Origin: Bigelowiella natans CCMP2755 | Taxonomy: Eukaryota > Protista > Cercozoa | Length of the DNA: 64,000 nucleotides | Assembly (NCBI GenBank): GCA_000320545.1 | Contig: ADNK01000048.1 | Location: 1-64,000, forward strand | Reading direction: 5' to 3' | Shown: positions 15,155 to 29,327 of the stretch, one piece after another | Numbering within the stretch: position 1 is the stretch's first letter | Layout of the letters: the number at the start of each line of letters is the position of its first letter | Position numbers and translations under genes: made by a program | The notes under the pieces: model-generated | The model's input: the letters and a program-made list of their open reading frames with translations, nothing else | Told to the model about the DNA's origin: nothing | The model's database searches: none

Positions 15155-16724
15155 GGACTGCCAGCATTCCCCGTGATATGTCACAGCCCACCTTTTCGCG
15201 TTCTCGCTCGGGTCTTGATCTTATCGGAGGCGGCATGCTCAAAGAAAGAGATCGAGGTGAGCGAAGTGTAGCAGTATGTCGGACCGTTTCTCAAATTTTC
15301 TTTCCCTAATTAGTACTTCAGTTCGTTGATATGGACGGGATTAAGCTCCTTTACAAGGTAGTAGATGAATGTATGTGTATGAAACTACATCGTCGAATTG
15401 ATACTATCTCATCGAAACATTTCTAGCTTAAGAACAACGAGCACCTCCGTGTCTCACGGGAAAGACGCAAAATAGGATTTGGTAGATGATCCTCTCGATC
15501 TTTAAAAAACGAAATCATGATCTTCATGATCTATTCGGTTTCAGTTCGAAGAATCAAGTTTACAGAGGAGACGTTCTCGTTCAATGATGGCTGGCAGAGC
15601 GTTAGACTACCTGCAAATACTTTCGGAAGAACGATTCTCCAACGTCTGAGCGTCATATGCCGAGTAGCTGGTGTGGCAGGGTAGGAACTGATCATCGTTC
15701 TGAGCGAAACGTCCAAGATTATACTCTATTACTGCACGTAGGTTAGAGAACTGGCACCCACATGCCCTCTGCTGCTCCCAAAAAGGAAGGTACCTTTCGA
15801 AAATGTTATATCTTACTGCGCGTACGGTAACACTGAATAATCATAGGGTGTGGACCGTTCAGTACTCTGAGGGCTTATACGTAAGGAGATCTTTTACCTC
15901 ATGCTCTGACATAACGAACACCTTGAAGAAAGGAGATCAGGTGAAAGAGATTGAAGCGAAAGAGATCGATGGCCAGGTATGGATTACTTTCCATTCCACA
16001 GATTATTTCCAAAGTTGAACTAATCTCTCCAACATACTATGATTTTTTCTCGTTCTTTCAGGTATGGGTAAGGCATAATAAAGATGGTTGGTCTTTGGCA
16101 ACGCGGAAGGGACCTTCTCCTAATATGGATAATAATCTTATGACCATAACTGACGTTCCCGTGGATCAAATTGGACATGTGAAGAAAGCAATACTACGCT
16201 CTAAAAAGAGTAAGGGAAAACTGAAGACGATTGCCTACACCGGCGATGACTCCAAATCTTCGACATCTGTCTCAACTTCTGCGTCCAGTACAGAAAATGG
16301 TTCCCGAAATGTAAGGAAGAAAAGTGCAAGGAGAAAAAAGGGAAGATCACAAAAGAACACTATGGCTGGGGAAGAGGATGTCTTCGGAATGCTTGCAAAG
16401 CGTCGATCTGAAAACAAGTTGGTTGGTTCGACTGTGACTGCTGACAACGAGGTGTCAACAGCAGAATGTAACAGTGGAGACTCTGGAGCAAGTTCAATTC
16501 CCAGAACTTTTCATAAAAGTGACCCATTTGATGGAGACGAAAGTCTTCCTCGTAAAAACAATGTAGGAAAGTCTGATTCTCTTAGTGATGGAACAGCAGC
16601 ATCCACACTAGCAGCAGTTGCAAGTACGAATATCTTTGAAGAACTTGCAGACGATGAAAACAATGTGGACCTTCCTCAGTTTGATATCAAACAATTTGAA
16701 AATATTAAAATTAATCGCCACTAA
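15155..16724 (+). CDS. Hypothetical spliced protein with an SH3b-like (bacterial-type SH3) module and a low-complexity C-terminus; start uncertain
   Basis: Series of AG..GT-bounded exons (FVDMDGIKLLYK, LKNNEHLRV.., WTVQYSEGLYVRRSFTSCSDITNTLKKGDQVKEIEAKEIDGQ|VWVRHNKDGWSL); long last exon ending at 16724. Confidence 0.55.
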
Positions 16725-17658
16725 GCCGAGTAGCTTCCGTCAACCAAGTACATCGCAAGTTTACTTAGTCTATAATGCTGCGCAATAAAATCATCTTACC
16801 AGAAATCGACCCTCAGATATACAGACTTCATTAGTTGATTGTATATTAAGTCGTGCGAACATGATACAAACAATACGAAATCCTTCCATTGGAAGTCACA
16901 AGGGGCATATAAGGCTTATTCCAATCGCCAGATGCGCAATTTGTAGTCAACGGTACTGTGCATCGATCGTACGCGCACGTTGCGTTTCTTGTCTTCGGTC
17001 ATCAATGCTTTATTTGGCTGCATGGAGCAGTGACAGCTCAGCTTGTTGAAAATGACGATGGAAAAGGAAGCCAAGTGAGCACATTAATCACGATATTAAA
17101 TGATCTAGTGATGCCAATAGTTGTGAGTTATACCAGCTAGCTAGCTAGCCATTATACCATCGCAATAGGTTTCACCGCGAAGCCGCTCGAATCTAAACAT
17201 GCTGACTCAGTCGCATAGTGGCTGCAATGACGTGCGCATGCATGCATGCATGTAATGTGCGTTTGACCTGTGCAATCGATCAGCTGCGTGCATGACGTGT
17301 GCACAAGTTGCATGCTGACACAGCCAAACTAGCAAAGTAAGCCATGCGTGCTAACGTGTATTGATGACAAAGGACACATGCATGCTATGCAACATACGAA
17401 GCTACTATCATCAGGTCAGCAAGGCAAAAAGTAAACAGCTTCGCAGCATGATCGGCAAGTGGCAATTCGTGCTATAGCGTGATAGTCACGCTATCCTTTC
17501 GTGTCTTTATGCTCGTTTTTAATATTTATTGGAGGCTGCAAGCTCTGCTAGATGAACAAAATAACACAGTGGCAATCAAACAGCGCGCACACGCTCATAG
17601 CGTAGAGCATTACAGGAAGCCTATCTGGACCTACAGCTTGCACAATTCAAGGTATGGC

Positions 17659-19164
17659 TCAGCTATCCTTGTCACCTCCGTCTTCCTTCTTTGCCTCCTC
17701 TTTGGCTTCAGCATCCTTCTTTTTCTTCTTCTTGTTTCGTCTCTTCTTCTTTTTCTTGCTAACAGCGGTTGCAAGTATCTTTTTAATTCCTTCGTCTTTG
17801 ATCTCCTTGTCACATTTGATTTGGGAGAGATCGACATCGAGCCCTGCTATCTTGACAGTTCCAGAGGACATAAGTAGTGCCGTGAATTTAACATGAGCTA
17901 CAACCTCACCTATAAAACACACGAATAGTAAGTCTGGAGATCCGGGCGGGGGGGGGGGGTGATATTAGGATGCAAGTAGAGAAAGATTTAAATTTTAGCG
18001 TCTAACCATCTTTTTCTTGCAGAACTGGGTATCCCTGAACAAGCTGGTGGGTGATTAATTCGCGAATGCCAAATTTGGCTTTTTTCTCATCCATAGCACG
18101 CATAGTGAAAGGGAAGGAAGTGAATCGTTCCTTTATATCGCTGAAAACAGCTCGGGAAGCCTTCATTTTAAGTTGGTAGGTGCTCTCCATGTCTCGCTTG
18201 AACACCGTCATGCGCTGCTCAAACTCCTTTGGTTTCCCCTCGCCGGAGGACATCACAATGTCGATAGCGTATACCTCGTTTTGGTCGAACTCAAACTCTA
18301 CTTTGCTCTCAGGGTTCTCGGGGTCGACCTTGCTGGCAATGACCTTTTCACCGTCGATGACGTTCCTCTCAAGCTGGTGCGACAGGACGCCCTGAACCGT
18401 GTTGCAACCGAACTCTTCAGCTACCTTGGTGAACATTTCCGTCATAGGCCCATTCTAATCAAAATCATTAACAAAGCGAATGGTCAGTCGATGCTGCACG
18501 TAGCTCCTCGAGTTCGCCGGGACACACAAACCTTGCCCCCAGGCTTCAGCATTCGCAGAGCGCATTCTGCTGCGACGTGAGCTGCCATGAGCACGTCTGC
18601 CTTTTTGCCTTCGGCGGGTTTATCACCCAAAATGAAGGTATGCGCTGCGACAGCTACATATCCATCAATGTGTACCCCCAAGTCTCTGAGAAGATGGAAA
18701 TATTTAAGGTTTCAGAAACAGTGGTCTCCATTAGTGATAAATATTACATCTTCACGATGTCTCCATCCCCAAATTTGGATTCATCATCGCTGAGCGGTGA
18801 GAAGTGCCCGACGACGTGGTTGACAGAGACACAAGTCGGAAAGCCAATACCCTTGTCGATCTTAGGCCTCACCTAACACCCGTTGAGAAAGAAGCATGTA
18901 ATTTAAGGGAATAAAGGAAGAACAGGCTGAAGGCACCCTCACGAATTTTCCAGCATTATGTACCTTGTTGAAGATCTTGCCACACTCCGCGTTTATGTAA
19001 TCGTCGCCGACTTGGCAAGCTTCCACTACCTTTCCACCAACTTTAACGGAAGCCATTACCTTTCGGATAGCTTCGTTCGCGATTTCTGCGGCTTTTTTGT
19101 ACTTCGAAACAACATTGGAGTTCGACAGGTCCTCGGCCTTTTCAGCAGTCGGTTCCGATGACAT
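17659..19164 (-). CDS. PA2G4: Proliferation-associated protein 2G4 / EBP1 (MetAP-fold, peptidase M24-like)
   Basis: VVSKYKKAAEIAN, GIGFPTCVSVNHVVGHFSP, LGVHIDGYVAVAAHT, GVLSHQLERNVIDGEK, EVYAIDIVMSSGEGK, YQLKMKASRAVF, GEVVAHVKFTALL; Lys-rich tail. Confidence 0.95.
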
Positions 19165-20032
19165 TGTTCTTTCTGTTTAACAACATAGCCACTTAGATCA
19201 CGGTTGGCGCGTCAATCAAGAGAGAATTGCACAGAATGATGATGAATTTGTCGCCGCCGCTTAAAACCCCTCTCACACATATCCAAAAAAAACTTTCTTT
19301 AAGAAAAAGGATACGCAATGAGGAAACCAAAAGGACTGAATGAGGCCAGTGTTTCGGTCGTCCCCTTGCACTTCCTGGAAAGGGAAGCCCCAGCGGGGGG
19401 GTCACGCACCTGAGAGCAACACGCACTTTTCAGAACTTTCTTCTGAAGAAAATACGCGCCCTTTTAAGTTTATTTTGTGCTAATGTAACAGATTTATCGC
19501 ATAAATGGGCGGCGTTCCCATCTCTCCCAAGCGTCCAAATCCCCGATACCGCCCGAACAAGCCACGAAAACAAAATTTCGGCGCGGGAGTAGTGGTGTCT
19601 GCCAGACAGGTTTGCATGCGGAAAACATGTGAAACAGCATACTCCCTCGGTCCAGATTATCGTTTAGAGAAAAAGAGATCATCGTGGTGTTGTCTTTGGA
19701 AATAGTCCTAAAAATATCTAATATTTTTGTTCCACAAGACGAGCGGAACGATCGGCTCGGAGAAACTACTCCTCAAAGCCCCTTCCACACTTTGGCAGTC
19801 CCACCCTGGCTATCCTACGGCCTTCTTCTCGTGTTATCGAACATAGATGGATCTGATTTAGCCTTGAACACTGACTGATGAGGGACGTCTTGGGGCAACT
19901 TGCTGCTTTTAACGCATCGCAAACCATATCCAAACCGACAATCTAGACATATAGCGGCGACGTGCGAGCGAGAGATCAGTTCGCGCACCGACCGCGCTTT
20001 TCCTACTGAGCTCTTGGTGTGTCATTTTGCAG

Positions 20033-20948
20033 GAGGTTATCTGGACGGATTTCTCGATGCATCTGATGAGGAAGCTGGCGCCCGAAACCTCAACTTAGCC
20101 ATTGAAAAGTACGCTCTCTCTACCCATGAGCCTTGTTCTGAAACGGTTCGAGCTTTTTCGAAAGGGGCGAGGGGAGAGTTCCTGAATCATTAAGCGAGCT
20201 AATGTTAAATTTTGGGGACAACCCGTAGGATTGGAAAGCATAGCGTGTTCGATGCGATTCTTCGCAGCGAAAAAGAACGGCAGATCTTCGTAAGCAAGAC
20301 CACAGCGAATCAAATCTGCGCAGGGAGAGGCGATGATATGATACCTGTTGCAAGTTTCAAATTTTAGCGGCACAGAAGCTTCTGTGCCTTACCCATCGCC
20401 GCATTATAACTTTGTATTCATGTGATGATGTAGGCTAGGAAAATGCGAGACCGATGGGAATCGGCGTTTGCCGAGCTGGAGCCCAAGTTACAGGAATACA
20501 GGGAGTGTGAAGAGGCCATTCAGCGAGTTGTTTATCTATTTCGCTTTGTTTCTCCTCCCTCTTCTGATAATATTGAATTTTTTGCAGCGCATTAAGCTCC
20601 TAGGACCCAATGAAGAGGACGAAGTGGGGAAACATACCTTACAGAAGGTGATGATAGTTGCAGCACTCGACTAAATTAGCAGCGCATTTTCTTGAGGTGG
20701 AGAAAGCAATATTATTTAACACAATAAACGGTGTAGAAATTAGAACTTCTTCATTTATGCGTCATTCGAAACCACAAGGAGTGCTGGTTGCCACACAGCT
20801 AACCCCCCCCTCATTTATTCATCATCTCTTCGTTTTTAGAGGTTGTTAGCGGAACGAAATGTTCCGAAGGATATCGTTAAGGTCTGCCACTCTCATAATT
20901 AACCGTTCCCTCCTCCCTTTGTCAAGTGCAAAATCTACGGATATATAC

Positions 20949-20983
<35 letters not shown>

Positions 20984-21072
20984 TTCCATAACACCAGTAC
21001 CAAGAGTCTCGCTTCGATCTGGCATTATCAAAGATCAATTTCAATCCCAGCCCTCTGCAGATAATGGGTAGC

Positions 21073-21121
<49 letters not shown>

Positions 21122-21465
21122 GCACCAAGGGGTCGCAGCAAAACACGGATTGTTGACATGCTCCTCTCCCCATTAATTCTCTCTTGGCCAGTGGCGCCTT
21201 CGCCGCTCAGGCTATCGTCATTAACAACACAAATGATTGTCGGGAATCGTACACACGGTCATTCGTCGTGACTAGTCCGTTCGTTGGTGATGTATTGCTG
21301 CAACAACAGGTCTGATGCACGGAATGGGCTTGCGCTTGGACTCCACGACATTTAGGCATGCACAAGCGTATGCACAGGCCAAGAACGATGTACTTTCTGC
21401 TAATGCTACTGCTGCAATGAGTTCCCTTCCTTGGGAAGATTGAGTTTATTGCTAGTAGTAGTAAA

Positions 21466-21509
<44 letters not shown>

Positions 21510-23446
21510 TTTCTCCTACGACCGATGGTGCGAATAACCTAGGTTGGGCTCAAGAGGAAGATCGAGTTTCTCTCCTACTTGTGCTTCATCGCTGACATGT
21601 CATTTGGAGACCTCAAGATGGAGTGCGTGCACGGGGGAAAACGATGGGGAATGATATGCATTAATATGTTTATGTGTCATTGTGTGTGTGTCAGAGAGAG
21701 AGAGAGAGAGAGTGAGCACATGTGTATTGATGCATCACATTAAATGCAAATATATAGATATACAAAATGTTATTCAATATAAAATATGAATATAAGTATG
21801 CACGCAATCTTCCAGACACACAAGCACACATAACTGGATATTTAAGCTAGCATAATTTCTCTGTACTTCCATATTATGATGGGTTTTCGAGTATCATCAT
21901 TTTTGATCGATGGCTGCTGTGTGGCTAACGTCGCAGGGAGCTCCTTAACATGCCTCGATTCAATGATTCTGACATCAAAGCGTTCCGGAGGGAATTTGGC
22001 CTGGAGGACGACGATGAGGTGAGAGTGGGTAGATGCTCAATAGAGAAAGTTTGATCATTAAGAGGAAGAAAAAGGAGGAGGAGGAGGAGGAGGAGGAGGA
22101 GGAGATGCAACCCCTCGCCAATCTACACAGCTATTTCATGTTGGTGTGCGTGCTTAGTGACGAGAGTGTTGTTTGTTCTCTGGGCAGTCGGAGAGCAGTG
22201 AGTATGGGGTGGAGATCCAGCAAGGATACCAAAAGTAACCAAGGACATCGCTCATCATTAACCGGGACGCCCAGAGGGGGGGGGGGGGGCCATGCGGCGA
22301 TTGTCCTACTGTTGTCTTTATTATTACCACAAACGCTACTACCACAATCTGCCCAGAGGAATATTGTTAGCATCTCCTTGGACTTAATACTTCTTGTCTA
22401 ATGAATGTGTTATGATGGTGGTGATGATGATGATGATGCGCGTGCCAGACTTGGGCTGCGAAGGGGGGTCGTGTCGTATGAGAAACTTCTCCAGGTCGCA
22501 TCACCCTAGTAATCATCTAGAGGAGCTGGAGAAGGAGACGGGGGGGGGGGAGGAAAAAGAAGACGACGAAGAGGAGGAGGAGGAAGAAAACCAGAAAGGA
22601 GAGCCCTCTTAATATTAAGAAAATAGAAAATACGGTCTACATGCAATCATCATCATCATCATCATCATCATCACCATCACCTTCATTATCATCATCATCA
22701 CGTATAACCGCATGCTCACCAACTTCTCCCTGCAAAATTATTTCGGAAAGGGATCTTCAAAATCAAGTCATCTTAACGATCTTGGAACTCTTTTTCCATT
22801 GAATAATCCCTCATCAATCCTTATCTCTTCTTCCGTGCTTCCCTCCCCTTCCTTTTCAGGCGTGCGTGAAAACTGGCCACTGGGCGAACGCTATTTCGGT
22901 TTTCCAGTGCGTGATTGCTACTCGAGCAGTGACGTGATAATGACGACGACGACGATGATGATGATGATGGTGGTTGTGATGGTGGTGGCGATGTTGGCGA
23001 GTAAATAATCCTAATGTTACTTTTCCGGTACGTTCGGACAATGTATATAAATGTTTCGAGAGCGCATCGTGTTGGTTGTGAAGGCAACATTTGATTCGTA
23101 TTTGCTGCATGCTATTCTACTCGGAATGGCCAAATAGATCTATGAAGGGTGAGGGTCTCCGCCTCAACGTGAATATGTATCACTCGGCCGTCCTTGCAAC
23201 CTCTGGTGGATAGCAGTACCTTGTTCCTCTCTGCGCATGATGTCACGATGATAGCGATGAGGATGACGACGAGGAGGATGATGATGATGATGAGGATGAT
23301 GATTGCATTGTTGATGATGGTGCGAGCAGTTGAGCAAATTGAAACGATTACAGGGAGCGGGGACTGGTATAAAGGCTTGGAACTACTTGCAGAGATGGAT
23401 CGTAATGGATGCAGGTACTGCTGTGTTTTTGTAGCAGCTGAGAGAA

Positions 23447-23483
<37 letters not shown>

Positions 23484-24032
23484 CGATGTGTAAGATGAAT
23501 ACAAATCAGGTGGAACGAGGAAACCACAGAGATCATTGGGCAAGTGGGGGAACGTATGCTAAATGACACGGGATACGACTCGGTAGAAGAAGAAGAAGAA
23601 GAAGAAGAAGAAGAAGAAGAATATATAATGACACGACGACCTGAGAACAAAACTCACCCTCCCTCCCTCCCTCCCTCCCTTCTATACTTCCTCCTGACGC
23701 CTGAGCACCATCACATTGCCGCACCGCCAGCTAAATAAAACCTCATTGCATCGCAGGTGATGATGAAGGTGGATGGCGTCAAATTCGACTTCGATCGCGC
23801 ACTTCCACCGCCCACAAGCTACTTGAACGTTGTCCCTGATAACCTAACCCTTCCCCACCAATCGGTTGCAGCTTCGTACGCAAGAACTGGTGAGGAGCGT
23901 CAGCTCAACAAGTACGGACACGAAGCGCAGGGACCAGTGAAAACTCTTGCAGAGGCTTACGATGAGGCTTTTGAGAAAGGCTTTGAGGCTGATGCAGAAG
24001 GCATAGATAGCGATGTTCCCGATGCCGATTGA
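20033..24032 (+). CDS. Hypothetical many-exon protein, no family recognised; true start probably at 19.6-20.0 kb
   Basis: Consecutive AG..GT exons with protein-like open frames (GYLDGFLDASDEEAGARNLNLAIEK, IGKHSVFDAILRSEKERQIF, ARKMRDRWESAFAELEPKLQEY, YQESRFDLALSKINF, ELLNMPRFNDSDIKAFRREF). Terminal exon ends GIDSDVPDAD* at 24032. Confidence 0.6.
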
Positions 24033-24128
24033 TGAAGCACATATGAATGTATCTACTCGATTAGATTATTGCACCTTGCTTGCAGTTGCGATGTCAAGTC
24101 ATGTTGCTGTGCGATCGCTGCCTCTATT

Positions 24129-24188
24129 TGTGAGACTGATGTAATGAAGTGATTAAATCTTTTCAATTGTCATCCTTATATAGCTATG
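24129..24188 (+). repeat. Dispersed intergenic repeat, copy 3
   Basis: TGTGAGACTGATGTAATGAAGTGATTAAATCTTTTCAATTGTCATCCTTATATAGCTATG. Confidence 0.8.
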
Positions 24189-24840
24189 TCACGCATGCCA
24201 CTTATGACCACAGCAGCAGGCTAGCGGGACAGGTGCTTCATCTAGCTAGCAGCTGCGCGCGGCCGGTCTAACGCCCTTATTATAGCTGGGTAATCAGTAA
24301 TTACTACTGCACCTACATGTACATACCGTTAGATTCACCGCCACGCCGAGACCACACATAGTGGCCTGTAGTGCGCAACATATGAGTCGCCAGCAGTCTA
24401 AGTAGTTGCGATGTATTTTATGTTCACCTTAATAATGTAGCGTTGTGCAAAGCTTATGCCTGCAAATATTAAGGCTTTGACTTTGCTCAGTAGCATAGGA
24501 TAATGATTTGATTATGTCGCGTAAGGCAGTATGCGTGCGTGAACTACAGAATCAATATGTGCATGGCATGCGAACTCTGAATGTAATTGCTATTTTGACG
24601 CTTGTGCCTATCGTTACTCGAAACCATTCAACTTTTTTGCATAGCTATATAGCGCCTTTATTTTGCATGTGTACGTTTAACATTAAGATGCACAGGTCCG
24701 ATTAAATTTGTTGATTGTAAGGAGAAATTCTCATGTATTAAATGCTTAGATGAAGAAACACTCATATATTAAATGATTGAATGAAGGAAGCACAGGATGT
24801 TTGTTCCTATAATTCTGTAGTTAAATGAAGTGACTAGAAT

Positions 24841-25059
24841 TCACCGGAGCTTTGCAGCCACGACCTGTGATTCATATTATTAGACAATGCTTCAAAATAA
24901 GTGCATGTTTGGGTAAAGTTTTGTTTCAGAGTGCTTACATCCTGCCTCTTCGCTGCCGCTTCAAAGATGGGAGAATATCTCGGCCCTATAAGAGATGAAA
25001 GTTTCTTTGAATGATATTAAATCATGTGCATATAAAGAATACTCTTCTGATAAATTTCT

Positions 25060-25090
<31 letters not shown>

Positions 25091-25152
25091 TATATGAATT
25101 ATACATACGAACTATATCTGCATTTTTTCTTTCTCGCTGCGTCACGCATTCG

Positions 25153-25187
<35 letters not shown>

Positions 25188-26927
25188 TGTGCATCATGTA
25201 TCTAGATTCAAACATCCATAGGCAATTAGATTCAGTACGCGTAGTGCTTCACCTGGAGAGCTCGGTATTAACGTATTTCTTTTCGGCCATCTCCGGGCAG
25301 TACCAAATCTCGCGCTCGGTGCAGATCTGAGCAAACGACAGGATCTCGAAATTTGCTGGAGAAAAACTGTATGATATGAAGCATTCGGCTGTATTACTTT
25401 TCCCTTGCAGAAAACTCGCGTGATACGTTGTAGGAAGGTCCCGGTGTGCTAATCCTGAAAACAATATATTCCTCAACACATGAGTTACAGAAGAAATTCG
25501 TCACTAGAGTACGGGCGGAAGGCGGAGCCTCTTGCTGTAGTAGAAAATCGAGTTGCAGGCGTCCTGAAAATAGGCAGCGGAAGTCTAAGGTTTCTCCATT
25601 CTTAAATAAGCGCCCTGTCTGTTGCGACTCCCGTCTAGCATGCATGATGTGTGGCTGGTGTGTGGAACCGTATCTTTATTGCATTCTTGCGAATAAATGT
25701 TGATGATATTGAGATGGTCGATGACAGTGGAAAGTGCTCATTGCAAGCATTGCAAGCATGGTGATGAGAAATTTTCGAAGAACAAAATCATCGTTGCTTG
25801 CAGAATGTGTGTAATCTTCCAATGAAGATGACTACTTTGGTTTGACGAAGCTCAATGAAGACTCGTAGCGCGGTCCTAGCAGAGTTGGTTTATGATGAGA
25901 AATATATCGTGTTGGAAAACTCCAGATTTTGATGCATTTCATTGTGTCATATCAAAGGTCTTTCTAGAGGCCTCTTCACGATTAACTACCTGGAAGAATG
26001 AAAGCACCAGGTACCGGAAACCTGAATTTACACAGCGGGTCGTGGTGTGAGCAAGGACAGGATTCAAAGTACTGCTGATGCTCTGCTATCTTGAACTATT
26101 TTCCTGGCCCCAGATTCTCTTTTCACTGCATTACCTTCTGGTTGTTCCAACCACGGCCTTAGCAGTTCGTGGCTTTACTATCAATTTATCGCCGTTATAT
26201 TTTGGACCCTGTGGAAGAAAAAAAGTAGTCATCAGCCCAAAATATGCAGCCACGCGGATGCGCTTCGTTTTCCCATTAGTATGTAGAGAGAGCACATATT
26301 ACCGGCGATCCGTTGTTTCTATATCTAAATCTCTGGCTGGAAGAAAATATAGTCCTCTTCGATACAGTTTTTACGGTCTGAGAAGATATTATTCGTCTGT
26401 GCACGTTAGCGATTGCATTAATTTTCAAAAAATTGAAGATAATCACATTAATATCGGGAGTATAAGCCATTCCAGGATGGCACGAGGCTGGATCCTTAGG
26501 GAACCTGCGCTTCTGGGAAAACTGATATGCAGCTGTTCTTTTTAATCTAGAGTCAAACCTAATCAATGTGCATCAAGGTTTTCGATTCGTGCTTGAAGTG
26601 CCAGACACTGGGGATTGTTCACTATCACTCCTGCAACCAATATGCTTCGCCGTGACGAAGAATGCTTTGTCGCGAAAAAGAATGTGAAAGATGCAAAGAC
26701 AACGATGAAAGTGGAGAGGGAGAGGAGTCAAGAGTAACAAGTTCCGAAATTTTGGCTTCACTCGCATCGACATGCAATGAATTTTAGTTGGAGATCCCCA
26801 TAATGTCTGAACAGTATTCGTGTCATATGTCCTTCCCTCACCTCTGGAACGCTTTCAGGTGGTCATATCTGGGCCCAGGGACATCCTTCTGCCTGTATTT
26901 GAACCGTCCACTTGTAGAGAAGGACAT
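24841..26927 (-). CDS. Sperm-tail PG-rich (SHIPPO/ODF3/STPG-like) repeat protein, probable axonemal microtubule-binding protein; boundaries approximate
   Basis: Repeated (S/T/V)PGP-x-Y units preceded by F-(S/G)-T-x-x-R-(F/W): MSFSTSGRFKYRQKDVPGPRY, FSSSQRFRYRNNGSP|GPKY, GPRY, STPGPSY, ARFGTARRWP..SSP|GPRY. Confidence 0.65.
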
Positions 26928-27442
26928 GAAGGCGAAACAAACGCGAGAAAGCGAGAGGAGGGGGCGCTTGCTTCCTGAGCAGTAGTAGATACGAAGAGTC
27001 AAGTTGAGATGAGGGTTCGCTGCGAAACAGTCATCGGATGCGTCGGTAACGTCGGTTCGGATACGTGTAACACATTGCATTTCCCCCTAAGATTTCAGGA
27101 TTTCCTAACAATTATCTAGTGCAACCGAACTAGATCTCGGGAAAGTCTCCGAACATTGACGACGAGCAAACCCAAGCGAACCCAGACGAACCCAAAAATC
27201 AAGCCAAAAACATCGTACAATAATATTTTTCAAACGATCTTTAACAACACTGGGCTAGATCTAGTAAGCGAAGCGAAACAGCGTGAAAAAAGATGATCAT
27301 CGTCAGGGCGTCACGTAATCAAGGGAAAAAGGAAGGGAGAACTATTCGTAGATTCTTATCCTACGACAAGTAATTTCTGGGAAATATTGAAAGAAAATGA
27401 GGGCAAAACTACAAAATAAGCAAAAACTGGTCCAGAGATATC

Positions 27443-28471
27443 ATGGAAGACCATCCGCCTTCCTTCTTCTTATGCCCGATTTCGGGCGAGCTGATGCGCG
27501 ATCCTGTCACGTTGCGCACCGGTCACACATACGATAGGGACTATATCGAAAAATGGTTAGAGTCACGACCAACATGCCCGAATTCAGGGCAGATCCTAGA
27601 AGAGAAGTACAAGAAGCTTCTGATACCGTGTCGAGTGCTCAAAGACATGATCAGCAACTGGGAAGTCAATCGAATTACCATAGTGGAGGAAGGGCAAAAT
27701 GCATCGCGAACGAATATAGAGCGAAAAAAAAAAGAAGATCATCGAGCGCAGCCGCCTGGACTGAGCATCTGGGCGACAGCCACACGGCTTCCAGTCATAG
27801 GAGTTGTGTTGCAAGTGGCAATTAAGTACCTGGAAAATTCGGAAGCTTTGAGCAGCATGGAGAGTATGTGCCTAAATATATTCCTCTTTATACTTGGCTT
27901 GGCACTCTCACTTCATGGGACCGGTCTACAGACCCTCCTTGCTGCGATTGCTGGATATGCCATCCGAAAATTCCTTAAAACGCAAGATGAGCGTGAAATT
28001 CGCGCAGCTCTTGATCCCATAAACGCTAAAATAAAGAACTTCCTGGCAGAAATACCAAAATCGGGCCCCGGCATGTTCTTTGGAGCTGGAGTTTTGATGA
28101 CACTAATGTGGAGGTTGACATCCACTCTGCCGTTGTTCCTCGCCGAGGTAGGAATTTTAACTTTTGCAATGAGTGTAGCTTTCTTCAGAGCGGACCGGAG
28201 AATGAGATTAACTAAGTCTGAGAAGCATATGGCATTGATGATGAACTTATTAATCGTTGTGGCATTCAAACTAGTTCTTACAGTACTTACTTTCACATGG
28301 GGTTACATAGTTGCTCCATGCGTGACACTCTTCGTTTATCTTTTCGGCCATTGTTGGATCTTTATCTTATTCTCACCAATTGAAGGACCTGTTGGGTTCT
28401 TTAGATTCATAATGGCTTTGCTCCCATTTGTATTGTTATTGGTAGCCATGCGAAATCGTCGGTTACGATAA
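27443..28471 (+). CDS. U-box E3 ubiquitin ligase domain fused to a multi-pass membrane region; intronless
   Basis: PPSFFLCPISGELMRDPVTLRTGHTYDRDYIEKWLESRPTCPNSGQ..LIPCRVLKDMISNW followed by about 7 hydrophobic segments in one 342-aa ORF. Confidence 0.88.
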   Translation: MEDHPPSFFLCPISGELMRDPVTLRTGHTYDRDYIEKWLESRPTCPNSGQILEEKYKKLLIPCRVLKDMISNWEVNRITIVEEGQNASRTNIERKKKEDHRAQPPGLSIWATATRLPVIGVVLQVAIKYLENSEALSSMESMCLNIFLFILGLALSLHGTGLQTLLAAIAGYAIRKFLKTQDEREIRAALDPINAKIKNFLAEIPKSGPGMFFGAGVLMTLMWRLTSTLPLFLAEVGILTFAMSVAFFRADRRMRLTKSEKHMALMMNLLIVVAFKLVLTVLTFTWGYIVAPCVTLFVYLFGHCWIFILFSPIEGPVGFFRFIMALLPFVLLLVAMRNRRLR

Positions 28472-28738
28472 CAAACTCGTTGAATATGTTGATGACTAAG
28501 GGCGAGTCAAAGAGATGCAAAATGTGCGTTACTTACACAGTAATGGCGGAATAGAAAATTCAATAGCAGGAAGGAAATTTTACACTCGTGTCACTTAGAT
28601 GTGGTGCCTGCGGTCTGCATTTTAACACAGCAAGCTAATAACTGCTAGCTTTATTACTCGTAAATCAATTTCTGCGAAAGTTGTGCTAATAACTATCTAA
28701 AGCCCGCAATAAAGCGGCAGAATTTTTGCTGACACACA

Positions 28739-28781
<43 letters not shown>

Positions 28782-29291
28782 ACACAGACACACACATACA
28801 CACATGTATATGTATACACATATATGTACATGTATATATACACACATACACACATGTATGTGTACATCGTAGATATAGATGTGAGTGTGTGTGTGTTTGT
28901 GTACAGATGTACAGGCACTACGCACACACATCCGGGCAGCTTCAATGCATGTTATAGCTACATTTTGGCATTCTGTTTGATGCTTGTAGCCAGATCATGT
29001 GTGTCACATAGCACAATATAATACAAAACGTGCATGTGATCCGCTGCCCTACCTAGCTACAGCAGTACGTACACTCGCTAGTTGTGTACATGCTGTCGTT
29101 GCGCTGTTGCACGCTAGCACGGCCTTCATTATACACATGTGTCGCTTTTTAGCTGCATGCTAGCATGGACCGCTGCGTGCCGCCTTAAATTGCCCCGTCG
29201 TCAACAAACAAAATTGCCATTGCAATTATTATAGACAAGGAATACCGTATACATATATGGGATTCCTGATAGACAGCAGGGAATACATATA

Positions 29292-29327
<36 letters not shown>

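Noticed and set aside
20952-23740. Poly-Q, poly-M, poly-H and poly-E ORFs in the ORF track
   Set aside because: Translations of intronic trinucleotide microsatellites.
27169-27196. Three GAACCCA-like direct repeats in the divergent promoter before the U-box gene
   Set aside because: Too short, and not seen in other promoters, to support a regulatory call.
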